Of a DNA stretch of 64,000 nt, positions 45,302 to 56,202 are shown in pieces; within the stretch, counting starts at the first letter, position 1; each line of letters opens with the position of its first letter. Both the position numbers and the translations under genes were made by a program. The DNA lies in IMG/VR virus record IMGVR_UViG_3300032167_007731; one strand, 5' to 3'. This DNA comes from an uncultured virus (IMG/VR IMGVR_UViG_3300032167_007731) (taxonomy: Duplodnaviria; Heunggongvirae; Uroviricota; Caudoviricetes). The notes beneath the pieces are model-generated. The model saw only the letters and a program-made list of their open reading frames with translations. It ran no database searches and had not been told where the DNA came from.

Positions 45302-48022
45302 TTAATATAACTTTATTGTTCTAATGAAATCAAAACTTTTATATCCTGCTGTACCTTTTGATATATAATATTTTAAATTAATAGTTATAGAAGCATTTGA
45401 TAAATCTCCAAAATCTTCAATAATAATATATTTACCATACTGCATATCTTCCATTTTCAAAGTTCCTGAAGTAGATAACGAAGATGACATAAAATCATAA
45501 TTACCCTTTTCAGATAAATTCAATACATACTTAATATCTGAACCATTTATCTGTTTATCTGTTAAAACAAAATCATATTTATTTGACATATCAAAAGTTA
45601 TATTTACAACATTTGAATATAAACCTAAAATATCTTTCAATCTAAAAGATAAAGAATAAACACCTGAAACATCTAAATTATCTAAACAAATATATAAGTT
45701 ATTACCATCTATATAAGTTGTATAATCTGATAAAGTCTTATAAAGTAATGATTCTTGTGATACACCATCTTTAACAGCACTTACAAAACAACTTCCTGTA
45801 TTAAAATCTAAAGACTCATTATAAGTAAAAGGTATTTTCAATAATACTGAAGTATCACCAAGACACTTAACTTCTACATTCTCATTTATAACAGGACCAC
45901 CCTCATCACCAAGCCAATTATTCTCTACTTTAATTACTTCACCATAATAATATCCATTAGATGTTTTAACATAAGGTGCATAAAAAGTATTCAATTCACT
46001 ATCTACTGTATTAATTGTAGTATTAAAAGTATATGTTTCCTTACTACCTATATTTCTACCACCTGATAAATGTGTCCAACTATTACTTGGTTCACTCACA
46101 GAAGAAGAACTAGTTTCTCTATATGCTATACCTACTTCATCCACTGATATAGAATTTGTTACCACTTTACTATTATTAATTACCAAATTTCCATTTACAA
46201 ATGTTACATAACCACCAACTAAACTACTTACAGGGTTCATACCTTCAGGTAGTACATTAGTTAAAACAGGATAAGTATTTATAAGAGAACCATCACCAAA
46301 ATCTATAACATAACCAAAATCTGTAGGTGTGTTATAAACCTGTTCTCCATTTACATAGGTTCCTCTAAATGACAAATACCCATTAAATCTAATATATTCA
46401 TTTTCAGGTGTTGGGTCTTCATCATTAGGTTTTGTATACTTTTTCAAATATACTAATTTTAAGTCATCCAATGTTTCTGCATCTTCTTCTAAATAAGTTA
46501 CACGAACTGCCGCAACAACAGGAACATTATCACCTTTTAATATTACATCTGCTTTTAATTTCACTGGATAATCTTCATCTGAAATACTCATTTCTATGTC
46601 AAAATCAAAAGCCTCTAAAGTAAATGGAGTACCATAAGCATATAAACCATCCCTATCCTTTACATATAATCTATATGTACAATAACCCTCTATATCATCT
46701 AATTCTATTGTAAAAGGTTCATAATGCTGACCTGTATATCTTTGTTTTCCATCATTATTCTTATAAGTAGGATTTATAGGCTCCTCATCTTTATCACTTT
46801 CTAACCAAACTATACCTACTTCTCGAACTTCACTATCACCCTCTGTTATGCGAATTTCAGAAATTTCTAATGTGTTATCATGATAATGCTTAACAATACC
46901 ATTTGTAATTTTTGGACCACCAACTACATTACCCTGCTCATCTGCTACATTAAAAATCAAATCCTCACCATAATAAGTTTTTGTTCTTGCAGTTGTATTC
47001 TCATACATAGTACCACTTATTTTTACTCGAACACCTGGTTCTAAAACTAATTTATTTGGAAAGGTATCTAAAACACTTTCAGTTGCTTTTTCTGAAACAT
47101 ACACTTCACCTACATCATTAGACATACCATATAAAGTGGATTTCTCATTTACTAAATATATTTGAGACACTTCTGAATTACTTAAAGTTAATTTTATATC
47201 TTCAAAACAAACTATCCTACCTAATACTTTTGAATTAGTTAAAGTCAAATTTGAAACACTTTGAGTTAAATAAATATCTCTTCCTACTGTTGAATTCTGT
47301 AAAACTATATCCCTTGAAACAACTAAATTTTTTGGAAAATTAGAAACAAATGTTTTACCTGATTTATCTATATCTATTTTTGGAATATAAGTATCTGCAA
47401 AATTACTTAACAACGTTATCATTTCTGCTCTGGTTATATTTGATTTTGGATTTACCCTACCATCTGGAGTACCATTTAAATAACCTAATCTTGATAACGC
47501 ATAAACACTACTACGAGCCCAAGAAGATATACTACTATCATCTTTAAATCCCGTACTACCACTATAACTTGTATCTATCTTAAAAACTCTACATAATATT
47601 ACAGCAACTTCTTCACGAGTTGCATTACCACGAGGATTTACTTTATTATCACCTACACCATTAATATAACCCTCTGCAACACATCTTAAAACACTTTCTC
47701 TATAATAATCTTCAATATATAAATCTCTAAAATAATTATAAGTTGTTTTATTTAAACCTAACATTCTATCTACTATAATTGCCAAATCGCCACGAATTAT
47801 TGGACTATCTGGCATAAATCTACCATCTGAACCATTGACTATATTATAATCAGCCCATTTTAATATTTGGTCATGAGCCCAATGATGCTGTGTATCTAAA
47901 AAATCAGATATTTGTACACTCTTACCATTTTCATCCTTAAAACTTGTAGTAAAACCAAAAACATTTACAGATAAAGAAAATATAAGGCTCAAAACTACTA
48001 ATAAACTTAATATCTTTTTCAC
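45302..48022 (-). CDS. Secreted protein with three N-terminal SLH domains and beta-rich C-terminal domains
   Basis: GTG 48022 behind GGAGGG; signal peptide; FLDTQHHWA...PDSPIIRGDLA, NATREEVA, NITRAEM; embedded in the pilus locus. Confidence 0.9.
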   Translation of the reverse strand: MKKILSLLVVLSLIFSLSVNVFGFTTSFKDENGKSVQISDFLDTQHHWAHDQILKWADYNIVNGSDGRFMPDSPIIRGDLAIIVDRMLGLNKTTYNYFRDLYIEDYYRESVLRCVAEGYINGVGDNKVNPRGNATREEVAVILCRVFKIDTSYSGSTGFKDDSSISSWARSSVYALSRLGYLNGTPDGRVNPKSNITRAEMITLLSNFADTYIPKIDIDKSGKTFVSNFPKNLVVSRDIVLQNSTVGRDIYLTQSVSNLTLTNSKVLGRIVCFEDIKLTLSNSEVSQIYLVNEKSTLYGMSNDVGEVYVSEKATESVLDTFPNKLVLEPGVRVKISGTMYENTTARTKTYYGEDLIFNVADEQGNVVGGPKITNGIVKHYHDNTLEISEIRITEGDSEVREVGIVWLESDKDEEPINPTYKNNDGKQRYTGQHYEPFTIELDDIEGYCTYRLYVKDRDGLYAYGTPFTLEAFDFDIEMSISDEDYPVKLKADVILKGDNVPVVAAVRVTYLEEDAETLDDLKLVYLKKYTKPNDEDPTPENEYIRFNGYLSFRGTYVNGEQVYNTPTDFGYVIDFGDGSLINTYPVLTNVLPEGMNPVSSLVGGYVTFVNGNLVINNSKVVTNSISVDEVGIAYRETSSSSVSEPSNSWTHLSGGRNIGSKETYTFNTTINTVDSELNTFYAPYVKTSNGYYYGEVIKVENNWLGDEGGPVINENVEVKCLGDTSVLLKIPFTYNESLDFNTGSCFVSAVKDGVSQESLLYKTLSDYTTYIDGNNLYICLDNLDVSGVYSLSFRLKDILGLYSNVVNITFDMSNKYDFVLTDKQINGSDIKYVLNLSEKGNYDFMSSSLSTSGTLKMEDMQYGKYIIIEDFGDLSNASITINLKYYISKGTAGYKSFDFIRTIKLY

Positions 48023-48054
48023 TTTTAACCCTCCATAACTCATTAAAAATAATA

Positions 48055-48086
48055 AAGGGATGTTATAGCCAAGTATAACATCCCTT
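48055..48086 (-). terminator. Intrinsic terminator directly after the major pilin-like gene
   Basis: AAGGGATGTTATA-gccaag-TATAACATCCCTT. Confidence 0.85.
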
Positions 48087-48114
48087 GTTAATAAGATACT
48101 ACACCTAGTATCTA

Positions 48115-48816
48115 TTATTTTACCTGCTGTTCAAATACGATACCAATTGTTGTACCAGAAGTATCTTTAATCAAGTTAGCAGTAAATTTAGCAGAAGGTG
48201 ATAAATATTCACAGTTACCTGTTCTGCTGAAACCACCGATTGTATTATCATATACAACTTTACCAGTACTATCTAACATAAATGCTGCGTCTGTTGTATA
48301 AATACCATCTTTAAGTTTAAATCCTGCTGCACCCTCTGTATCTAAAAGAGCATTATAGTTTACAAAGTAACCAGCACCAACTTTAGAAACATCATCAGAA
48401 GTTGTACCTACTTTAACACCACCTGTGATGTCTGACTTAAATGCACCTGAAGTTCCGTCTATTTCTCCATGTATATGCTGCATAGCGCCACCATCTAATG
48501 TCCAAACAGATAAATATTCATGAGCATTATATGTAGTAACATCCTTATCCATTGCATTTGTATTGATTAAGATAGCAACTGACTTACCACTGAAGTTCTG
48601 AACTGCTGACTTAACCATTGTACCTGTTACAATCTTATCATTGTAATCTTCAAATGCTGAACCTGATACAGCTTCCAAGTTATCCTGAACACCTACTGTA
48701 CCTTCGTTAGCAACACCTTTAGCGATACTAAATACGCCAAAACCTAAACCAATTACTGCTGCAAGAGCAATCAATACGATACCAAGCATAGTACCTGAAC
48801 TAATTTCTTTTTCCAT
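48115..48816 (-). CDS. Probable major pilin of the Tad-like system
   Basis: N-terminal hydrophobic helix; AGGAGG RBS; own 180-bp upstream region and terminator; frequent AAC/TAC/TTC/ATC codons, rare elsewhere here and suggestive of high expression. Confidence 0.7.
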   Translation of the reverse strand: MEKEISSGTMLGIVLIALAAVIGLGFGVFSIAKGVANEGTVGVQDNLEAVSGSAFEDYNDKIVTGTMVKSAVQNFSGKSVAILINTNAMDKDVTTYNAHEYLSVWTLDGGAMQHIHGEIDGTSGAFKSDITGGVKVGTTSDDVSKVGAGYFVNYNALLDTEGAAGFKLKDGIYTTDAAFMLDSTGKVVYDNTIGGFSRTGNCEYLSPSAKFTANLIKDTSGTTIGIVFEQQVK

Positions 48817-48997
48817 AAAAAAACTACCTCCTAAAATTTTTCTTAATTTATTTTTTTATATTCTCAAAAAGATTTATTATCTTTTCGACATACTAATATA
48901 TGAATAACTGTAGTTAATTTAATACAACTGTCCAAAATTAACTAATTTATTTAAAATTAAAATTAACATGCTTTTGATATACCTTTATGTTCACTAT

Positions 48998-51073
48998 TTA
49001 TTCCATCATTGTCATAGCACTCATAAATTCTCTTACACCCAAATACCCTAAAGGTATCAGCAATTCTCCTACTACCATACACCCTAAAGGAGTTAAAGAT
49101 AAAGGACCACATAAACCACGCTTTTTATCAATTGTTGCTTGAATTGTTATTTCTCTAATTCTCATTATCTGTTCTCTTTCAATAACTAAATCTGAAAAAG
49201 CTTCTTGCATTGATAAATCACTAATAGTTAATTTTAATTTACCTATAAATCTTTTAAACTCTGTTAATGGTGTCTTTGACTGTAATCTCGTTAACTCCAA
49301 TTCAGGATTTGCAGGATAACTATGATAACAATATGTTAGCATATCCTTATGAATTCTAGAATGCTGACTTAACTCATACAAAGTATCAAGAGTGTCCATA
49401 TCTGTTGTCATATAAATACTTACAAGAGTTTGTAACTGTAAAAAGTCATCTTCAGCATCAGTCTTTACAAGTATTTTTCTAAGAGTTATTAATAAATTTG
49501 GAACATTATACCCTATCAAACCTATTAAAAAACAAACCCAGACTAACCACCAATGAAACTTTGTATTTTGAACTGTATCAAATTTATCTTGCAATCTTTT
49601 TACTTGGTCTAAAACCTGTAAATCAGATAAACCTGGCATATAACCTTTAACCATCGCTATTATAGCATCCTCTGACAAATCAGGGGCACCACCACTACCA
49701 TCTTCTGGTTTTGGGGCTAAACCTACTAACTGTTTTATAGATAATACAACTTTTGCTATTTCATCTTTAAGTGTCATTTCAGGCTGCAATGCTAATCTTT
49801 GTGCCATATATCTTTCATCTAACATCAAAATAGACTCATGGGAATATTGTTCCATTTCATCAGTTGCAACCAACGATAATTGTTGAGTACTATTTCGAAC
49901 ATAGTCACTACCCATTTGAATTACACTAAAACAAACAACAAAACCTGCAATAAATGCTATTAAACCAAATATTACTTTTTGTGTATATAATTCCTCTATA
50001 GTTTGACGAGATAAAGCTTCCTTAAACTTTTGTTTTAACTTAAAAGCCTTTTTATTCTTAGGTTTTAAGTTATCTATAAACCTTTTCCAAGATGGTTTAT
50101 TCAACAAATTTAAAGCCCATATAACTCTATCATCTTCCTTTACAGGAACAGTAGTATTTATTTTTGTTATTACTGCATAACAAATAATACTCATTAGAAC
50201 TGTAACTGTTCTACAAATATAACCTATAGGACCACCATAAATCAATGCTGTACCTGGCATAATACCTGAAAAATAAGACTCTACAAGACCACAAGCAAAT
50301 ATAGGAACAAAAGGTAAATATTCAATCATACCAAATTTCTTATTCTGTGTTGTAATTTTTGTTATTTCAGCATTAACATCAGTAGATAATGTTGTTAAAG
50401 CATTTATAAAATTAGAACCACCTTTTTCATCTTTTGAATCACCCTGATTGTTTATATTATGACAAATACCAACCAATGTTTGTAATGTTCTAAAAGGTGT
50501 TGCTGCATAAAATTCTTGCAATCTTAATTCAGCGTCAGTACAAGTCAATATACTATAAATTTCATCAAAAGGTTTCTTCAAAATATCCGCAATAGGTGCG
50601 TCATTTATGGCCTCAACAACACTATTTGACTTCATATATTCTTCTCTTATAGCACCTAAAGCTTTACTCATAGCATACAAAACCTTAAAATACTGTTTAT
50701 CTAATTGTTTATCTATCAAAGTTGTATTCAATAATACAGCAAAAGCCACACACATTAAAATAGATACAACATCATTAAACATAAATATACTTATACCTAT
50801 TAAACCCGCTGACACACCCCAAGATAATAAAAAATACTGTGTACTTAATAAGTATAATTCTTCTCTTTTATAAACACATAAATTTGCTAATTTACTATAA
50901 ATCTTTCTAATACTACCTTGAGTTATAAAGTTACGAGCCAAAAACTTATAAGCTTTTCTATACATTTCTTTTTTTGCTTTGGCCTGTTCTGCTTTTGATT
51001 TATTACCATTTATTATACTAAATACTGCAAAAACGACTACTATACCTAAAACTGCAAATATCGCAATAGTCAT
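48998..51073 (-). CDS. Pilus assembly platform membrane protein, TadB+TadC-like halves fused
   Basis: 691 aa, multi-TM, two halves each with a cytoplasmic helical domain; immediately after the ATPase (TAATG coupling). Confidence 0.7.
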   Translation of the reverse strand: MTIAIFAVLGIVVVFAVFSIINGNKSKAEQAKAKKEMYRKAYKFLARNFITQGSIRKIYSKLANLCVYKREELYLLSTQYFLLSWGVSAGLIGISIFMFNDVVSILMCVAFAVLLNTTLIDKQLDKQYFKVLYAMSKALGAIREEYMKSNSVVEAINDAPIADILKKPFDEIYSILTCTDAELRLQEFYAATPFRTLQTLVGICHNINNQGDSKDEKGGSNFINALTTLSTDVNAEITKITTQNKKFGMIEYLPFVPIFACGLVESYFSGIMPGTALIYGGPIGYICRTVTVLMSIICYAVITKINTTVPVKEDDRVIWALNLLNKPSWKRFIDNLKPKNKKAFKLKQKFKEALSRQTIEELYTQKVIFGLIAFIAGFVVCFSVIQMGSDYVRNSTQQLSLVATDEMEQYSHESILMLDERYMAQRLALQPEMTLKDEIAKVVLSIKQLVGLAPKPEDGSGGAPDLSEDAIIAMVKGYMPGLSDLQVLDQVKRLQDKFDTVQNTKFHWWLVWVCFLIGLIGYNVPNLLITLRKILVKTDAEDDFLQLQTLVSIYMTTDMDTLDTLYELSQHSRIHKDMLTYCYHSYPANPELELTRLQSKTPLTEFKRFIGKLKLTISDLSMQEAFSDLVIEREQIMRIREITIQATIDKKRGLCGPLSLTPLGCMVVGELLIPLGYLGVREFMSAMTMME

Positions 51074-53184
51074 TATACATCAACCTCCCCATCAAAGAAG
51101 TCAAAGAAAAATGCTGCGTCATCTAAATCTTCTTCAGAAACAGTTTCACCACCCATTGTTATATTTAATGAACTTGTTTCACTATCCTCTACAACAGATT
51201 CACCAACTATTTCTAAATCACCAATAGATGCTGTTTCAACACTAACTTCTTCAGGAAGTCCTTTTTCTAATCTTAATTTCTTTTCTTCCTCTTCATATCT
51301 TAATACTGCTTCTGCTACTTCATCTACAACACCATCATATTCTTCACTTGGAGGTCTTCTTCCCCAATTTGCAAAAATAAACTTATCATAAGCCTTTAAC
51401 ACCTCTGGTGTCATAACTGAACGCATTTTTGATTCTAATGCTGGACTAAATCTATCTGCAACATAATATGTATGAGTAGATACATCATATTTCAAAATAT
51501 CATGAGAATAGAAAGAAACTCTATCAGTACTTCTTTCATAATATTCCCTATCCAATACAGCTTTTGTATAATCCAAATCATTTTTATCTACTTCTGGATA
51601 AGGAACACCCTCTGCCAATGGTACTATTTCACTTACCCTCTCAATATAACGCTTACCATCAGGTGTATAATCCAAGTGAATATCACACTTAACAACGTCT
51701 ATTACCTGTCTTTCAGCAGTTGACATATTACTAAAACCACCCGCATTTACAAGTGAATTTCTTAAAGCAAACACAAGGTCTTTTGGTGTATTAGCATGGT
51801 GAGAGAATATTGTAAATATAGATGCAACCTGACCCATCTGAATCATACGAGCAGCAATTATATCAGTAGCAACCTCACCAACAATTGAAACTGCTGCGTC
51901 AGATTTTTTCAAAGCATCCTGTAATTCTGCTGCTGTAACTGTCGTTGTTTCCTGAACTGACAAAATATTTCTTGTAGGATATAATTCACGCAAATATAAC
52001 TCTGGTGCCATTTCCAATACACGAATTGTATAACGAGGGTTAATAAATCTTATAATAGAAGACATCAAAGTTGTCTTACCTGAACCCTGACGACCTGTAA
52101 CACCACAAGTAACCTGCCCTCTCATTAAAAATTCTATCAAAGCCATAGGTAAATCACCACGCTTTGTATAAGGTTTCACAATAAGTGCCTTTGGAGATAC
52201 ATCACTTAATGAGAACTTACGAACAAATATAGCCCAATATTCAGAAGCAGGAGGTCTTAAAGCCAATATACGAGATTTATCATACATTGTATTTACCATA
52301 TAACCACGCTTTGCTGTTAAAGGACCTGGATTACCCCAACGAACTAACAACTGAATTATTCTCTTTAACTCTTCTTCTGTTCCAAAATTCATAAATCTTA
52401 AATGAATATATTTACCTTGATAATATAACCATACAGCATTAGTCGCTTTCATAATACCTGCTTTACTTTTATTAATATTACTTAATATAGAACCTGAAGT
52501 ACCCATATTAAAACCATTAACATCCATTTCACGCAAAGTATCTACAATACCAAAGCCTTTATATAATTGATAAACTAATACTGCTAATACATCTATTTTT
52601 TCATCATTATTTAAGTGTATATCTTCTTCATCATATGACATATAAAGTTCTTCTATATCTATAAAGTAAGAAGATTCACCACCACCGTCTGCATCTATTC
52701 CTGTTCTTTCTCTTGCAAAATTATTTTTATCTATCCAAGCAGAAAGAGCACCTTTACCATATTTCTTTTTATACCTATACATAAGTATTTCAAACTTTAT
52801 ATGGTCTGAAGGGTCTTGACCCTCTCCTAAACCTAATAATTCCTCTACTGTATCAATAGGTATATTCTCTGCTATAAAAGTTCTTATTAACTCTATTACA
52901 ATAATTTTTGCACTATCTATACCAAATACACAATTTCTTAAGGCTTCCTGAATTCTTGCCTTTCTCTTATACAAAGCATTAAATTCTGCTTCTGTTAAAC
53001 CTAAAGAATAATCATCCTTTATTATTTCAACCATTTCTAATTTAACAGCCTCAACTACCTTATCAATACTTCCAAAATCATCTTCCTCAATTATTTCCTG
53101 CTGACCTTTTGATTTCTGATACATTGAAAATAAAATTAAAACAACTGCTATTAAACTAACAACAATTAAAATACTATTGAGCAT
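51073..53184 (-). CDS. cpaF: CpaF/TadA-family pilus assembly ATPase with an N-terminal TM anchor
   Basis: RILALRPP...FVRKF, Walker A GRQGSGKTT, EMAPEL Asp-box-like, SIVGEVA Walker B, FSHHA His box; ATG 53184. Confidence 0.88.
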   Translation of the reverse strand: MLNSILIVVSLIAVVLILFSMYQKSKGQQEIIEEDDFGSIDKVVEAVKLEMVEIIKDDYSLGLTEAEFNALYKRKARIQEALRNCVFGIDSAKIIVIELIRTFIAENIPIDTVEELLGLGEGQDPSDHIKFEILMYRYKKKYGKGALSAWIDKNNFARERTGIDADGGGESSYFIDIEELYMSYDEEDIHLNNDEKIDVLAVLVYQLYKGFGIVDTLREMDVNGFNMGTSGSILSNINKSKAGIMKATNAVWLYYQGKYIHLRFMNFGTEEELKRIIQLLVRWGNPGPLTAKRGYMVNTMYDKSRILALRPPASEYWAIFVRKFSLSDVSPKALIVKPYTKRGDLPMALIEFLMRGQVTCGVTGRQGSGKTTLMSSIIRFINPRYTIRVLEMAPELYLRELYPTRNILSVQETTTVTAAELQDALKKSDAAVSIVGEVATDIIAARMIQMGQVASIFTIFSHHANTPKDLVFALRNSLVNAGGFSNMSTAERQVIDVVKCDIHLDYTPDGKRYIERVSEIVPLAEGVPYPEVDKNDLDYTKAVLDREYYERSTDRVSFYSHDILKYDVSTHTYYVADRFSPALESKMRSVMTPEVLKAYDKFIFANWGRRPPSEEYDGVVDEVAEAVLRYEEEEKKLRLEKGLPEEVSVETASIGDLEIVGESVVEDSETSSLNITMGGETVSEEDLDDAAFFFDFFDGEVDV

Positions 53185-54004
53185 CCCCTTCACCCCCTAC
53201 AGTATTCTTTGTTGTACTTACTTTCTTTTCCTGTTGCTTTGCTTTAAGATTATTTATTCTTATTTTTGCAACAACAGAAGCCAAACGATTAATATCACTA
53301 TTTAATTCAGCAACTTTTGAATTCTTTGCCCTAATATTTTTATAAATAGTTAATAATTGACCACTATTACAACCAAGAATAACCCAGGGGTTATAATGAA
53401 TAACACTAATAGGTGCTTTCACTCCTAATCTCTTTGGAACATCTCTATCCTTTCCAGCAACAGAAGAATACTTATTACAAACAAGAACTATCTTTTTACC
53501 TGAAAACATTTTCATATATTTAGCACTTTGATTCTTAAAATCATCCAATTCCGCATAAGATTGAGTAAAGTTTAATATTACTAACTCTGATTTACCTAAA
53601 ATATATTTTGCTGTTTCAGATTCTATACTATTAAAATCATATATAATATATTCAAAATCTGAATGGTCCACTAAATACTCTGAAAAAGTAAGCATATCTT
53701 CACTACCAAAATTACTTTTATTATTGGTAAAAACATAAACATTATCTGCTACATTTTTACAATAATCAGGTATTGCTTCTGACTGAATTGCACCCTCTCT
53801 TAATAATTTAACCATTTGAGTAGGTGTAGAAGTTTTATCTTCAAACTGTTGTAATCCTAAATAAGCATATAAAGAATTTGAAACAGAATCAGTATGAGTA
53901 AGTAACACCTTTTTCTTCATATTACCCAAACCCAATGCAGTAAATAATGCTGTCACTGTATTACCATTACCACCACAATGAGGTGAAATAACTGAAATAA
54001 CCAT
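53174..54004 (-). CDS. CpaE/TadZ-like (MinD/ParA-fold) protein with a degenerate Walker A
   Basis: VISVISPHCGGNGNTVTA (Lys replaced by Asn), FEYIIYDF, LVCNKY. Confidence 0.75.
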   Translation of the reverse strand: MVISVISPHCGGNGNTVTALFTALGLGNMKKKVLLTHTDSVSNSLYAYLGLQQFEDKTSTPTQMVKLLREGAIQSEAIPDYCKNVADNVYVFTNNKSNFGSEDMLTFSEYLVDHSDFEYIIYDFNSIESETAKYILGKSELVILNFTQSYAELDDFKNQSAKYMKMFSGKKIVLVCNKYSSVAGKDRDVPKRLGVKAPISVIHYNPWVILGCNSGQLLTIYKNIRAKNSKVAELNSDINRLASVVAKIRINNLKAKQQEKKVSTTKNTVGGEGDAQ

Positions 54005-54023
54005 ATATCATTAACCCCCTATA

Positions 54024-54602
54024 CTATTGTAACTCTCTTGCAATTATTTGAGAAAATTCTTCTTTTGAAACTCCTAATGTCTGTGCAAATAGGAATGAAC
54101 AAATATTTACAAGTTCTGGAATCTTACAAGGCATAAATAATTTATTTTCCTCACAATCCCAAACATAACTTATTTTTTTACTATCTACACCACAAAACTT
54201 AACATCTTTTTCCTTTGGTCTTTTTGTAGAAATTAACATATCTATATGTTCATTTACTTCCAATTCATCCAAAGTATCTTCACTACAAATTAATTCATTT
54301 TGACCATGACAATAAACTAAATTATCATTACCTTCTATTATCTGATTTGTTGTTATTATTAAAACATAATCATAAGAGGATAATCTTATACCTAAAGCCT
54401 CAACTGATTCTTTATTTACTAAATTCATTACATAAAAATCACTTCTACCAACTGTAAATTCATTAGAATAATCATCAGAAAATCTTCTAAAATTAGTATC
54501 ATCTGTAATTACTAATACTTTTCCTAAATTATCACAAATCTTAAATAAAGGATATGCTATAACACGTTTATCTATTGGACCTACTAATTGTATTTGTCTC
54601 AT
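54024..54602 (-). CDS. Hypothetical cytoplasmic protein of the pilus locus (possible degenerate P-loop fold)
   Basis: IQLVGPIDKRVIAYPL...KVLVITD...YDYVLII; sits between the SAF and CpaE-like genes. Confidence 0.6.
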   Translation of the reverse strand: MRQIQLVGPIDKRVIAYPLFKICDNLGKVLVITDDTNFRRFSDDYSNEFTVGRSDFYVMNLVNKESVEALGIRLSSYDYVLIITTNQIIEGNDNLVYCHGQNELICSEDTLDELEVNEHIDMLISTKRPKEKDVKFCGVDSKKISYVWDCEENKLFMPCKIPELVNICSFLFAQTLGVSKEEFSQIIARELQ

Positions 54603-54620
54603 TATTTTACCCCCTATTTA

Positions 54621-55586
54621 TTAACCTTCTTGCGCTGCTTTTAACTCTGCTTCAACACGCTTATCATATTCTTGCTGACCATCTTTTATAGTTTCTGTTA
54701 TTTCAGTTCTAATTTTTGCAGCAGTATCTCTACTTGCAGCGTCACCTAAACCTGCCTCAATCATCTTTCTTCTTAATACTAAATCAGTTTCAGATAATTT
54801 TCTATCACCTAAATTTGGGTCACCTGCCATAATGCCTTGAACCAGAGTACTAGGAGCATAGAAACTATCTGCTTTTTCCTGATTTCCACCCTCAACATAT
54901 GTTACTGCATATATAATTGAACCTACTGCATCAACAGTATCATTTAATTTACCATCACCATTCAAATCAAGAGGAGATTTAAAAGACTCATTATAAACTA
55001 TATTATCAACCAACATATCACTATATAAATGTATATCTTCCTCTGTTAAAATTAATTTTATAACATTACCATTTACCTGAGCAACCTGTCTATGTGATAT
55101 ACCTACAAAGTCTGCACCTGTACCATATTTTATACGAATATCAACATATTCTCCTACTTGAAGTCCTATTGGTAACTGGTCCACAATAACATCATAATAT
55201 CTCATATCTGAGGTTATAACTTCTTCATACACACAGTCTGTTGTTAAAACAGAACCCGCTGTCATATTTAATCTAAAATGTTTTCCTACTAATTCTTCCA
55301 TATCCTGAACTAAATTAGTAGCCATACTAACAGGAACATCTATCTGAACTAAATCAGTTTCCTCTATTTTCTTACCACTTGGCACATCTGCACCTACTGT
55401 ATATGCAGGAACTAACTCACCAATAGCAGTCAATGAATCATTTAAACTTGCAATTTCTGAATCTTTTGCAGCTAACTGACTATCTACATCCCCCTTATAC
55501 ATATAAAAGAAAACACCTGTTGCCACCCAAGATAATATCAATAATACTATCAAGATAACCTTTAAATTCAATAACTTTTTTAACAT
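54621..55586 (-). CDS. cpaB: SAF-domain CpaB/RcpC-like pilus assembly protein
   Basis: TM plus short coiled coil; DVPSGKKIEETDL...ELVGKHFRLNMTAGSVLT (SAF); LPIGLQVGEYVDIRI (RcpC-like). Confidence 0.8.
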   Translation of the reverse strand: MLKKLLNLKVILIVLLILSWVATGVFFYMYKGDVDSQLAAKDSEIASLNDSLTAIGELVPAYTVGADVPSGKKIEETDLVQIDVPVSMATNLVQDMEELVGKHFRLNMTAGSVLTTDCVYEEVITSDMRYYDVIVDQLPIGLQVGEYVDIRIKYGTGADFVGISHRQVAQVNGNVIKLILTEEDIHLYSDMLVDNIVYNESFKSPLDLNGDGKLNDTVDAVGSIIYAVTYVEGGNQEKADSFYAPSTLVQGIMAGDPNLGDRKLSETDLVLRRKMIEAGLGDAASRDTAAKIRTEITETIKDGQQEYDKRVEAELKAAQEG

Positions 55587-56189
55587 TTACTGTTCCTCCT
55601 TATTAACTTGATTTATCTCAAAACTAAACTTTTTATCTATAAAATTATTATAATTATAATTTTTTAAGTACTCACTTATTTTTGGTAATTCAGCATTTAA
55701 TGACATATCACACATCATCATACTATCATTAAAAAGAACTACTCTCCTATAATGTTCTTCATTTCTCAAAAAGGCTTCAAAATATTGCGAAGAACATATA
55801 TACATTTCCATTTCATAACCTTTATTCATTAAATATTTTAAGTATTTACAGCCATCAAGAAAAGAAATTTCATAAGTAAAATCCATAATATTATTCTCTA
55901 TTGATAACATATTTTCAGGTTCTACTTTTTCTAAATCAGGTAAACTCAATCGAACTTTTGCTTCTCTTGGATACTTAAATATAATTTCTTCATTTTCATT
56001 CTCTCTAAAATATGTATATTTATTTTCTTTATTAACTTTTATCTCATATTCATTACCATCTTTATATATTAACATTTCTGAAGTATAAATATTTGATTCA
56101 GTTAATGGTTTACTATAAAAATAAAAGAAACAAGATAAACAAACTATTATAAAACAAATAAAAATTATATATTTTACATATTTACTCAT
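55587..56189 (-). CDS. Hypothetical membrane-anchored protein
   Basis: ATG 56189 (MSKYVKYIIFICFIIVCLSCFF) behind GAGGTG. Confidence 0.7.
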   Translation of the reverse strand: MSKYVKYIIFICFIIVCLSCFFYFYSKPLTESNIYTSEMLIYKDGNEYEIKVNKENKYTYFRENENEEIIFKYPREAKVRLSLPDLEKVEPENMLSIENNIMDFTYEISFLDGCKYLKYLMNKGYEMEMYICSSQYFEAFLRNEEHYRRVVLFNDSMMMCDMSLNAELPKISEYLKNYNYNNFIDKKFSFEINQVNKEEQ

Positions 56190-56202
56190 CCTATCACCTC
56201 TA

